This document shows positions 7,771 through 15,590 of a stretch of DNA of 43,383 nucleotides, piece by piece. Source of the DNA: an uncultured bacterium (lineage in GTDB: Bacteria > Muiribacteriota > Ozemobacteria > Ozemobacterales > Ozemobacteraceae); contig CAZFUG010000002.1 of assembly GCA_964522035.1 (NCBI GenBank), positions 22,265-65,647 on the forward strand, read 5' to 3'. Position numbers and translations under genes: made by a program. The notes below the pieces were generated by a model. The model saw only the letters and a program-made list of their open reading frames with translations. It was not told where the DNA came from and did no database searches. The stretch's first letter is position 1. Each line of letters starts with the position of its first letter.

Positions 7771-8582
7771 TTTACTGCCTCCTGAGTATGTTTCATCATT
7801 GGCTGCCAGTGTTCCTGATTGTCGGGCAGTGTAATCAGGCCAAGCGACAGGAAAAAGCCGACAACAGCCATCGTAGCCAGGCGCGTGCCGGTGATTTTAA
7901 GAGGTTTGCGCGCAATAATGATGAAAGTGTAAAAAGCCAGAACCACAATTGCAAACATATGTTTGAAACTCGGGTTGAAGGTGACGAAATACGAATAGTT
8001 ACCGTAGAAGCCTGCTGCCAGACCGGCGGTGAAGAAGATGACCCCGGCGCCGATCAGTTTGCAGGTCAGATCATCGAGTCTGCTGAGTGGAGGGAAAAAG
8101 AAGACCGCGCGCAGTCGGTTCTTTTTTTTAAGCCTTCTGACCACGTAAAAATAGGTAGCTGAAGAAATAGCCGCGATCAGAAAAAAACATTCGCCGAGAA
8201 TTGACAGTAAAAGATGCACCGCGAACCATCGCTGTGCAAAATGGCCGCCGGCAAGGGTTCCGTCGACAAAGGTAGAGCAGAAAAGCAATACGATGCTTCC
8301 GGGCAGGCTGAAGATGCTGAAAAATGTCTCTTTTAAGCCGTGTTCGGTAATCGCAGTCGTTATGCCCAGGCTCAATGCCCCTGCAATGAAAAGGGTCTCA
8401 TAATGCAGATGCAGTTCGCTGCTGGTATAGTTGTGAAACGCCAGAATTGCATTGCAGGTCAGCCCCAGCGCCAGTGAAAAGGTCGAATGATGGCGAAATG
8501 ACTGCCCGGCAACCTTTTCTCTGACGCGAAAGAAGGTCGCCAGTGCGTATCCGGCCAGTGTTGCGATCAAAAGAACCTGCAT
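7767..8582 (-). CDS. hemX: HemX-type 'cytochrome c assembly family' membrane protein (CcsA-like fold without a WWD heme-handling motif)
   Basis: 271 aa and about 8 TM helices. FPPLSRLDDLTCKLIGAGVIFFTAGLAAGF resembles the conserved C-terminal block of HemX/YpjD-type proteins. No WGxxWxWD tryptophan-rich motif. Its position beside hemA matches the B. subtilis hemAXCDBL arrangement. Confidence 0.7.
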   Translation of the reverse strand: MQVLLIATLAGYALATFFRVREKVAGQSFRHHSTFSLALGLTCNAILAFHNYTSSELHLHYETLFIAGALSLGITTAITEHGLKETFFSIFSLPGSIVLLFCSTFVDGTLAGGHFAQRWFAVHLLLSILGECFFLIAAISSATYFYVVRRLKKKNRLRAVFFFPPLSRLDDLTCKLIGAGVIFFTAGLAAGFYGNYSYFVTFNPSFKHMFAIVVLAFYTFIIIARKPLKITGTRLATMAVVGFFLSLGLITLPDNQEHWQPMMKHTQEAVK

Positions 8583-8650
8583 CTTGCCAACGATACTAGC
8601 ACATCACCCATCAAAGTACAACGCCGCAAAAAGTAAAAGTCGCTGGCAGG

Positions 8651-10075
8651 TTATTCGAATTTGAAGCGGTGGTCGTGAACCGAAAGACGGCCGTTCAGAT
8701 GCCGGGTCGGTTGGTGGCAGACGATACAGTTGGTGCCTGGTGATTCGGGCGGGTGGTCTTTCTGGTCGGCGTGGCAGGTGAGGCAGTATTGATCCTGCGT
8801 CAGATACTGCGAGTTGTTTTCGGTTTTGATATCGCGGAAATTCTGGCAGTAATCGCAAGTGAGGCCGGTTGCCAGGAAATAGCGTGATTTAAGAAATTCC
8901 CATTGGCGTTTGCGGTCTTCGTAAGTCTCGTCGCCATGAAAATTTTCGGGTGATTGTCCAGGCTTGGGCGTCAGACCGGAGAAAAAGTCCATCAGGTTGT
9001 CGCCTGGCCTGTAACCAACCGGAAAATTATATTGCCCGCTGTTGTCGATACCCGAAGTATGGCATGAAGTGCAGATCATCTCCTGGCGTTCCGGTGTCAT
9101 GCTTTTCAATGAAGTTATATATTCCGGCGATCTGGTTCTGATATGATTCAGGCCTGGCCCGTGGCAGGCCTCACAACCGACGCCGGCTTCGGCAAAACTG
9201 TCGTTTTCTGCAGAAAACCCTGTTGTGTGGCAGCCGGCGCACTGTTTCAGCCAGTAGCGAGAACGCCAGCCGTAATCATTGACCGGCAGCCATTCTTTTT
9301 TGTTGAGATCCCAGATTTTTGGCAGCACGACCAGGGTGCCGCTGGCTTCGGCAACGAAGCGGTGAACATAATGTGAGCCAAGCACCCAGGCTATTTTTTC
9401 GCGTGGCACTCCGAGGTCTTCGACCGGAATTTCCTTCTGGTTGTCGAGGTTTCTGAAACGTCGCGTCATGCGGGCGTGCGGGCTGATTTTCCACTGGTCG
9501 TAGATGTCGAGATGGCATTCTTTACATGACTCTGAGCCTGCATAATTACGATTGTCGAATGCTTTGGGGCTGTGCATGCTGCCCTGAAAAACGTCGGTGC
9601 CTGCCGGGTGGCATTTTGCACAGAGCTGCCCCTCATTGTTCGGATGATTCAATAAATAAGTGCTGAAATTGTCGTTGCTGCTAGGGCTGATCGCAAGGGG
9701 GGCCCATGGCTGCGAAGCCACTGGTGCAGCATGTGGTGAATGACAGGTCAGGCAGCTCATGAACTCACCGTCTTCAAGCGGCAATTCTCTGGTGGCGGTT
9801 ACCTTGATTCCGGTCGGATGCAAAGTCATCGATTCCATGGCATGGCAGCTGACACACCATTGCCCGGCGCCTTTTTTCAGCCGTGGGTCGACTCTGGTTT
9901 CGGCAGTTGTGGGCTTCTGACCAGATTCTGGTGGCATGTAGTGACAGGTAAAGCAGCCGGCTTCTTCAGCCATTTTCTGGTGGTCGCCGGCAAAAAGGCT
10001 GCCGGTGAATACTGACAGCATTATGCCAAGGCCAAAAGTGGCCAGAAATTTAATTTTTGCGGAGGTCGGTTTCAT
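8651..10075 (-). CDS. Periplasmic multiheme cytochrome c (10 canonical CxxCH sites)
   Basis: Signal peptide MKPTSAKIKFLATFGLGIMLSVFTGSLFA. CxxCH motifs: CFTCH, CVSCH, CLTCH, CAKCH, CKECH, CAGCH, CEACH, CTSCH, CLTCH, CIVCH. One extra CDYCQ site. The CKECHLDIYDQWKISPHA block resembles cytochrome c554/NrfA-like multiheme families. Confidence 0.9.
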   Translation of the reverse strand: MKPTSAKIKFLATFGLGIMLSVFTGSLFAGDHQKMAEEAGCFTCHYMPPESGQKPTTAETRVDPRLKKGAGQWCVSCHAMESMTLHPTGIKVTATRELPLEDGEFMSCLTCHSPHAAPVASQPWAPLAISPSSNDNFSTYLLNHPNNEGQLCAKCHPAGTDVFQGSMHSPKAFDNRNYAGSESCKECHLDIYDQWKISPHARMTRRFRNLDNQKEIPVEDLGVPREKIAWVLGSHYVHRFVAEASGTLVVLPKIWDLNKKEWLPVNDYGWRSRYWLKQCAGCHTTGFSAENDSFAEAGVGCEACHGPGLNHIRTRSPEYITSLKSMTPERQEMICTSCHTSGIDNSGQYNFPVGYRPGDNLMDFFSGLTPKPGQSPENFHGDETYEDRKRQWEFLKSRYFLATGLTCDYCQNFRDIKTENNSQYLTQDQYCLTCHADQKDHPPESPGTNCIVCHQPTRHLNGRLSVHDHRFKFE

Positions 10076-10623
10076 GCCTGACTGTTTTCGTCGAGTTCGA
10101 TTTCGCCGAGAATATCGTCGATCTGGGTTTTCAGCTGCGCTGTGTCTGGTTTGCCTTCATCGAGGCTGGCACGCAGTTTTCGCAGTTTGATGAAGCGCTG
10201 GCGGTATTTGTCCTGAAGTTCGTTGACCGCTTCACAGAGAACCTGCCCTTCGTCGCCTTCGCGCAGGCGCAGAGAGGCATGCTGCAAATTTCCGGCCGAA
10301 ATTTTCTTCAGCTGACCGGCGACTTTGAACATCGGCCCGATAAGTCGGTGTGAGATGAAAATTGTCAGAATCAGCAGCATTACCGACATCAACAGAAAGC
10401 TGAGACCATTGGTGACGATAATGGCTGGTTTCAATATCTCCCAGGTGGAGCGCAGGCGGTTGTGGGCTGACAGGAAACCTTCCTGGATATTTTTGCTGGT
10501 GATGCGGTAGAGAAAGAAGCCGTGCAGAATCGAGCCAAGAAACAGCACCAGTGACATGAAGGCTACCAGTCTGATCTGATAAGATGGCAGTATTAAATAA
10601 TGTTTGCGCGATTTCTTGTCCAT
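10072..10623 (-). CDS. 2-TM HAMP-domain protein without an output domain
   Basis: Two TM helices bracket a loop of ~27 aa. Next comes a HAMP-like segment (ISHRLIGPMFKVAGQLKKISAGNLQHASLRLREGDEGQVLCEAVNELQ), then a coiled-coil tail of ~50 aa. No kinase, MCP or GGDEF module. ATGA overlap with the cytochrome gene. Confidence 0.7.
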   Translation of the reverse strand: MDKKSRKHYLILPSYQIRLVAFMSLVLFLGSILHGFFLYRITSKNIQEGFLSAHNRLRSTWEILKPAIIVTNGLSFLLMSVMLLILTIFISHRLIGPMFKVAGQLKKISAGNLQHASLRLREGDEGQVLCEAVNELQDKYRQRFIKLRKLRASLDEGKPDTAQLKTQIDDILGEIELDENSQA

Positions 10624-10636
10624 AGAAAAGGGCTCC

Positions 10637-11614
10637 TTAACGATTTTCGGCAGAATCAGCGGTTTTCTGCCCGGGGGTTACCTGGCATTTAATCTGCAGA
10701 ATCGGGTTTATCCAGTAGTCGATTTTATTTCTCAGTTCGATCATATGACGCATGAGTCGCGATTTGCGACTTTCACGCAATTTCTGTTCACGCAGTGAGC
10801 GGGTAGCAACTGCCGGGTCTTCTTCAGGGCGGGCGCTGACCAGATAAAGATGCGTGCCGGCCTGATCAGAAAAACCTTCAGTCAGCACTCCTGGTGCGAG
10901 ATCAAGAAGTTTCGCAAAAACGCCTTCGGGCAGGTCACTTTCTGATTTCCAGCCAATATCGCCGCCAACGCCTTTATACAGGGAACTGCTGTGGCTGGCG
11001 TTGAGTTCAGCAAAGCTGGTGCCACTGGCATGCTGCGCGAGAATCTCGCTGGCCGAAGCGGCGTCAGCGAGCAGGATTGTTTTTAAATGCAACCGCACTC
11101 TTGGCGTTGCAGTGCCAGGCATGCCGGCGGTTTCTGTTTCGCTGGCAGTCGCTGCCGGCTGACTGAAAAGATACTGGCGCTCGGCCTCGGCGAGTTCTTC
11201 GATGAGAAAAGCGGCACGGGCGACCGCGTCGTCGTCGGTGTCATTTCTGCCGGCGGCGGCAAAATCAGTAATTCTCTGCTGAAATTCAGGCTTGCGGTCG
11301 AGGCCGTTTTTGCGTGCCCCTTCGGCCAGCAGCAGGGTTTCGAAAAAGTCGGTGGCAAAGGCAGCTTCAGAAAGCTGTTTTGCCCTGATTCCGGAGACGT
11401 TCTGAATTTTTTTGAGTTCTTCGAGGCTGATGCTCGTCTGGCCAACTTTCATCGCCAGGTGTTTGCGCCCGAGGATAGAGTCAAAGTCGGCCCAGAGAAA
11501 GAAACTCATCAGGGCGAAGGTCATCAGCAGCAGAAAACCGATAAACATAAAAACCGCCCGTTGTGACACGAGCAGCATTTCATGATTGTCGACAACTGTA
11601 ATTTTTTCGAACAT
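10637..11614 (-). CDS. Membrane-anchored parvulin-type peptidyl-prolyl isomerase (PrsA/SurA-like foldase)
   Basis: N-terminal TM anchor (VFMFIGFLLLMTFALMSFFLW). SurA-N-like helical region. PpiC/rotamase-like C-terminal domain (LKTILLADAASASEILAQ...GGDIGWKSESDLPEGVFAKLLDLAPG...THLYLV). Confidence 0.75.
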   Translation of the reverse strand: MFEKITVVDNHEMLLVSQRAVFMFIGFLLLMTFALMSFFLWADFDSILGRKHLAMKVGQTSISLEELKKIQNVSGIRAKQLSEAAFATDFFETLLLAEGARKNGLDRKPEFQQRITDFAAAGRNDTDDDAVARAAFLIEELAEAERQYLFSQPAATASETETAGMPGTATPRVRLHLKTILLADAASASEILAQHASGTSFAELNASHSSSLYKGVGGDIGWKSESDLPEGVFAKLLDLAPGVLTEGFSDQAGTHLYLVSARPEEDPAVATRSLREQKLRESRKSRLMRHMIELRNKIDYWINPILQIKCQVTPGQKTADSAENR

Positions 11615-11615
11615 C

Positions 11616-12230
11616 TTACCTCTCGGCGACGAGCCCGGTCGAACCCGAGGCGGTCATCGCGGCAAGGCCCGCAAAGAATTCATCTAAATCGCTGGGCCCT
11701 TGATGAGAATACGCGACTTTGCCGTCAGGTGCAACTATAAAAACCGCCGGGGTCGACATGACTCCCCACTGATCTGCGGTCACCCAGGTGTCGGAGGCAA
11801 CTCTTTCCATTAATACCGGCAGTTTCAGTTCGCGTTTCTGGCAAAAATTCTGCAGCGCTTTCTGCATTTTTTCGGTGTCGAGCGAAACGAACCAGGCTTT
11901 GAGTCCTGGTTGAGCGAGGCTCATGATGCGATTCTGGGCTTCTGGTATCTCTTCGAGGCATGAATGACAGAACAGCGACCAGTAGAAGATGATGTTCCAG
12001 CTGCCAGATGCCGGGAAGGTCTGTTCGCTGCCGCCCGTGTCAGTAAGGCGACAGGTTGGCGCAACCGTGCCGGGCTGAAGCAGGCGCGACGGCTCGCTGT
12101 TTCCTGCACTGATTACTGGCATGGAGGCCTGCAGTGAGACAGAAAACATGCAGACCAGCAGAGTGGCGAACAGGGTTTTACATAAGTTTGCTGATGGCAT
12201 CTTCGATTTCCTTTTCTTTGGCGGGGTCAT
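11616..12230 (-). CDS. TlpA/ResA-like thiol:disulfide oxidoreductase (CHSC active site)
   Basis: Thioredoxin fold with IIFYWSLFCHSCLEEIPE. The start is uncertain: ATG at 12230 or ATG at 12200 (MPSANLCKTLFATLLVCMFSVSLQA, a plausible signal peptide). Either start overlaps the upstream gene, by 53 or 23 nt. Confidence 0.8.
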   Translation of the reverse strand: MTPPKKRKSKMPSANLCKTLFATLLVCMFSVSLQASMPVISAGNSEPSRLLQPGTVAPTCRLTDTGGSEQTFPASGSWNIIFYWSLFCHSCLEEIPEAQNRIMSLAQPGLKAWFVSLDTEKMQKALQNFCQKRELKLPVLMERVASDTWVTADQWGVMSTPAVFIVAPDGKVAYSHQGPSDLDEFFAGLAAMTASGSTGLVAER

Positions 12231-12690
12231 AGCCGAGGTGGTCGTAGAGAACCTTGCCCTGACGGTCGATCAGTAGTGTGCGTGGCAGAACGCTGACGTT
12301 GTAGCTGCGGATCAGAGTGCTCTGCTCATCGATGGCAACCAGATATGGTATCTGCTGCGGAAATTTTTTGATGAAGCGCTGAATTTTCTTCAGCGGAAAG
12401 CCCGGCGGATGCACTCCGATCACCGTCATGCGGCTTTGCAGAGTCTCATGCAGGCGTATGACAAACGGAATCTCTTCGATACAGGTGCCACAGGTAACCG
12501 ACCAGAACACCAGCAGCATCGGTTTTTCGGTAAACTGCCCGGCGAGCCTGAATTGCTGCCCGTTGATATTGGCCAGCGTCACCCCTTCGAGAGACGAAAT
12601 GCTGCCGGGCTGCGAATCGGGAATGAAGAGATTGATCAGCAGAAAGCTGAGAATCGCCAGGATAAGAAGTATGGCATGGTTGCGATTCAT
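12178..12690 (-). CDS. TlpA/ResA-like thiol:disulfide oxidoreductase (CGTC active site)
   Basis: N-terminal anchor ILLILAILSFLLINLF, then LLVFWSVTCGTCIEEIPF (WxxxCxxC redoxin motif), and cis-Pro context LPRTLLIDRQGKV. 170 aa. Confidence 0.85.
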   Translation of the reverse strand: MNRNHAILLILAILSFLLINLFIPDSQPGSISSLEGVTLANINGQQFRLAGQFTEKPMLLVFWSVTCGTCIEEIPFVIRLHETLQSRMTVIGVHPPGFPLKKIQRFIKKFPQQIPYLVAIDEQSTLIRSYNVSVLPRTLLIDRQGKVLYDHLGYDPAKEKEIEDAISKLM

Positions 12691-12693
12691 TAA

Positions 12694-13305
12694 TCAGTCA
12701 TTTTTTACCATGGTTCCGGCAAAGGTATCGCCCCAGCGGCGGTTCTGCTCGCCGGTGTGAATTTTGTAGATCTCGAAAATATTGGCAGCCATTGAAATCA
12801 GAAACAGTGGCATGACGATGAGCAGACTGGCCAGTTCAGAGATCACCGGTATCGGTATGATGTAGATAGCGGCTGAGACAGCTGAGACCAGCAATGGCAT
12901 TGCCGGTATGATGTTGCGTCTGATCGACATCATCATCGTGATTGGTCGACCGTTCAGGTCGGTAACTCTGATGTTCATTGCCTTTTTGCCTGGGGTCTGC
13001 CCTTCAAGCGGGCCAAGCTGGAACGGCATGTCTTTAATCAGCATGACGACGCCAGCCGCGAGAAAAACGAGAAAATTGAACAGGGCGGCCAGATTGACCG
13101 GTTTCTGCGGCAGCAGAAAGAAGGCGGGCAGAGTGATGATGATCGCTGGCACCGAGATCATGACCATATCGATGAAGGTGCCGATGAAGCGCTTGAAAAT
13201 CAGTTTCTGCAGAAACGAGTCGACTTCTGCGAGTTTCTTTTTGACCTCTTCGGGCGAGGGCATCTTGATTTCTGGTTTAACCGCCGGTTTTTTTACTTCT
13301 GGCAT
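12694..13305 (-). CDS. RDD-family membrane protein
   Basis: KRFIGTFIDMVMISVPAIII... together with GQTPGKKAMNIRVTDLNGRPITMMMSIRRN matches the RDD-domain pattern. About 4 TM helices. Lys/Pro/Glu-rich N-terminal tail. It is the first gene of the long minus-strand run. Confidence 0.7.
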   Translation of the reverse strand: MPEVKKPAVKPEIKMPSPEEVKKKLAEVDSFLQKLIFKRFIGTFIDMVMISVPAIIITLPAFFLLPQKPVNLAALFNFLVFLAAGVVMLIKDMPFQLGPLEGQTPGKKAMNIRVTDLNGRPITMMMSIRRNIIPAMPLLVSAVSAAIYIIPIPVISELASLLIVMPLFLISMAANIFEIYKIHTGEQNRRWGDTFAGTMVKND

Positions 13306-13412
13306 CTTGTTAAATCCTTTGAATGTGCGTAAATATTAATACCGAGTTCTAAAAAATAGACCATCATCAAAGTTTAGTCAACGAACATTCTGCAGCCCGC
13401 GGAGCCATAAAA

Positions 13413-13883
13413 ATGAAAATGAAGATCGGCATACTTTCTGACACGCATGTGCATGACCACGACAATCTTGATACTCCCGACTGGATAAAAGAAGCCTTCG
13501 CTGACGCCCAGATGATAGTTCATGCCGGTGATGTTGGCGTGCCGGCGCTGCTTGGCGAACTTTCGCAGATCGCTCCGGTCTATGCCGTGCGGGGAAACTG
13601 CGACGGCGGAGCTTTCGATACCCCGTCACACCGCTCAATACATATCGGTTGCGGGCTGCTGACCGTTGCTCATAACGCCACAACTGCGCGGCGTGCCGTT
13701 GAACCGCAGACCAGAGTGATGGTCTACGGTCATACCCACATTGCCCTGATCAATCAGGAAGAAAATCTTCTTGTCATCAACCCAGGCAGTCCAACTTTGC
13801 CCCGGGGTGGTCTACCGGCATCGGTGGCCGTTCTGATTATCGACGGTGAAGAAATTCATGCAGAATTAAAGCAAAAGCCCTGA
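13413..13883 (+). CDS. YfcE/MJ0936-family metallophosphoesterase
   Basis: The motifs occur in canonical order: GILSDTH, HAGD, VRGNCD, GHTH. 156 aa. Confidence 0.85.
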   Translation: MKMKIGILSDTHVHDHDNLDTPDWIKEAFADAQMIVHAGDVGVPALLGELSQIAPVYAVRGNCDGGAFDTPSHRSIHIGCGLLTVAHNATTARRAVEPQTRVMVYGHTHIALINQEENLLVINPGSPTLPRGGLPASVAVLIIDGEEIHAELKQKP

Positions 13884-13932
13884 CCTGCCGATTAACTGAA
13901 AAGAGAAAAAAATCTATTTATCAGGTGGCAAC

Positions 13933-15531
13933 ATGAAACGTATTCTCTTTTCGACGGTATTTATCTGTGTAATGGCTCTGGTAGCCAGTTTGCTGCAGAG
14001 TGCTCCCGCCGAAACCAACCCGGTCAGTTTCAGAGGTACTTTTTCCAGCTATCTATCGAGTGAACCGGCAAACCTTGACCCGGCCCGTGGTGTCGATGTC
14101 AATGAAGCCACCGTTCAGGCAAAGGTTTTTGACGGCCTGGTCCGCTATGACGAAAAAATGCGTCTGGTTGGCAACCTTGCCGAATCATGGAGTGTTGCTG
14201 CCGACGGCAAAGAATTCATTTTCAAACTCAAACAGAATGTTGCTTTCCACAACGGCCAGAAATTCACCGCTGCCGATGTGGTTTTCTCTCTTGACCGCCT
14301 TCTCGACCCCGAAGTCGGTTCACCGCGCACCTGGGTTCTCGAAAAGGTCGAAGGCGCTGCTGACCGCATGAAAGGTGTTACCAAAGTTGTTGCCGGTATC
14401 ACCGCTCTCGATGATCAGACTGTTTCGATCAAACTTGTTGCCCCATTTGCGCCATTTCTCAGCTTGCTTACCATGCCGGCCTGCTATATTCTGCCCTCAG
14501 AGAGCAGAACCGCGATTCATGACCACAGCTTTTTCGAAAAACCTGCCGGCACCGGCCCGTTCAAAATCACCGAACGTGTGCGTGACAGCTATCTCAAGCT
14601 GGTTGCCAATGAATCTTATCATGATGTTAAGCCCAGTCTCGCCAAAATCGACATGCGCATTATCCCCGAAAACATGAAGGCTGAAATGGAATTCGAAAGC
14701 GGTAATCTCGACCTGCTGCAGCTTTACCCGGCCAACTACGAAAGATTCAAGGCCGACCCCGAATTTGCCGCCAGAATTCATGATGTGCCTGCCCTTAACG
14801 TGTTTTACGTCGGTTTCAATAACCAGACCGAGCCGTTCACCGATATCAGAGTGCGTAAAGCGCTGAATATGCTGGTTGACCGCGAAAAAATTATCAATGC
14901 TGTCTATCAGGGCCGCGCTGTTCCGGCCAACGGCAGCATTCCTCCCGGTATCTCAGGCTACTCAACCACTCCGACCGGCCTCTCATACAACCCGGAAGAA
15001 GCAAAAAGACTGCTTAAAGAAGCCGGTTATTCAAAGACCAACCCTCTGACTTTCGATCTTTACCAGCGCTCATCACAGTCGGCATTCGAAATCACACGCC
15101 TGCTGCAGGGTGAATTGAAAAAACACGGCGTCGTAGTTAATCTTAAACCCATGGAATGGAGCGCCCTTAAGGATGCCGTCGCCAAAGGCGAAGCTCCGGC
15201 CTTTTACATGAGCTGGTTTGGCGATTATCCCGATGGCGAAAACTTTCTCTACCCGCTGTTTCATTCCAAAAACTGGGGTTCTGGCGGTAATCGCGCCCGC
15301 TTCAAAAATGCCGAAGTCGATCTGATGCTCGATGAATCAGTCAAAATTCAGGATGCTCAGCGCCGCGCCGAGGCTTATGACCGTATCAACCGCAGAGTTG
15401 CCGAACAGGCCCCCTGGATCTACCTCTGGCATTGCAGTGAAAGCTATCTCACTGGTGCTAAAGTCAGCCATATCGATTTCTCACCAATGTTTTTCTGTGA
15501 CAAAGGTCTGACTTTAAGCGTCAGGGATTGA
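13933..15531 (+). CDS. ABC transporter substrate-binding protein, family 5 (peptide/nickel, DppA/OppA-like)
   Basis: Signal peptide. LAESWSVAADGKEFIFKLKQNVAFHNGQKFTAADVVFSLDRL is the typical SBP_bac_5 N-terminal block. 532 aa. Followed by DppB/DppC-type permeases. Confidence 0.9.
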   Translation: MKRILFSTVFICVMALVASLLQSAPAETNPVSFRGTFSSYLSSEPANLDPARGVDVNEATVQAKVFDGLVRYDEKMRLVGNLAESWSVAADGKEFIFKLKQNVAFHNGQKFTAADVVFSLDRLLDPEVGSPRTWVLEKVEGAADRMKGVTKVVAGITALDDQTVSIKLVAPFAPFLSLLTMPACYILPSESRTAIHDHSFFEKPAGTGPFKITERVRDSYLKLVANESYHDVKPSLAKIDMRIIPENMKAEMEFESGNLDLLQLYPANYERFKADPEFAARIHDVPALNVFYVGFNNQTEPFTDIRVRKALNMLVDREKIINAVYQGRAVPANGSIPPGISGYSTTPTGLSYNPEEAKRLLKEAGYSKTNPLTFDLYQRSSQSAFEITRLLQGELKKHGVVVNLKPMEWSALKDAVAKGEAPAFYMSWFGDYPDGENFLYPLFHSKNWGSGGNRARFKNAEVDLMLDESVKIQDAQRRAEAYDRINRRVAEQAPWIYLWHCSESYLTGAKVSHIDFSPMFFCDKGLTLSVRD

Positions 15532-15590
15532 TGAAACGCCCGGCATGTTGTAAGTTGTTGCAGTAAAATTCATAACCCAAAGGTTCAACA

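Noticed and set aside
7767-8582. Reading the 271-aa membrane protein as the System II heme-handling subunit CcsA/ResC
   Set aside because: No tryptophan-rich WWD motif (WGxxWxWD) is present, and no ccsB/resB partner is adjacent. Size, topology and position next to hemA fit the HemX-type branch instead.
8604-9518. ORFs 8604..8858(-), 9276..9518(-), 8950..9141(+) and 9143..9376(+) within the cytochrome locus
   Set aside because: All overlap the 474-aa ORF, which carries ten CxxCH motifs and a signal peptide. The alternatives are Arg/Pro-rich with no motifs.
12178-12230. The 53-nt overlap of the two thioredoxin genes as a programmed frameshift or fusion site
   Set aside because: Both ORFs have their own N-terminal hydrophobic export segment and a complete thioredoxin fold. 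No slippery heptamer is evident. An alternative internal start at 12200 simply shortens the overlap.
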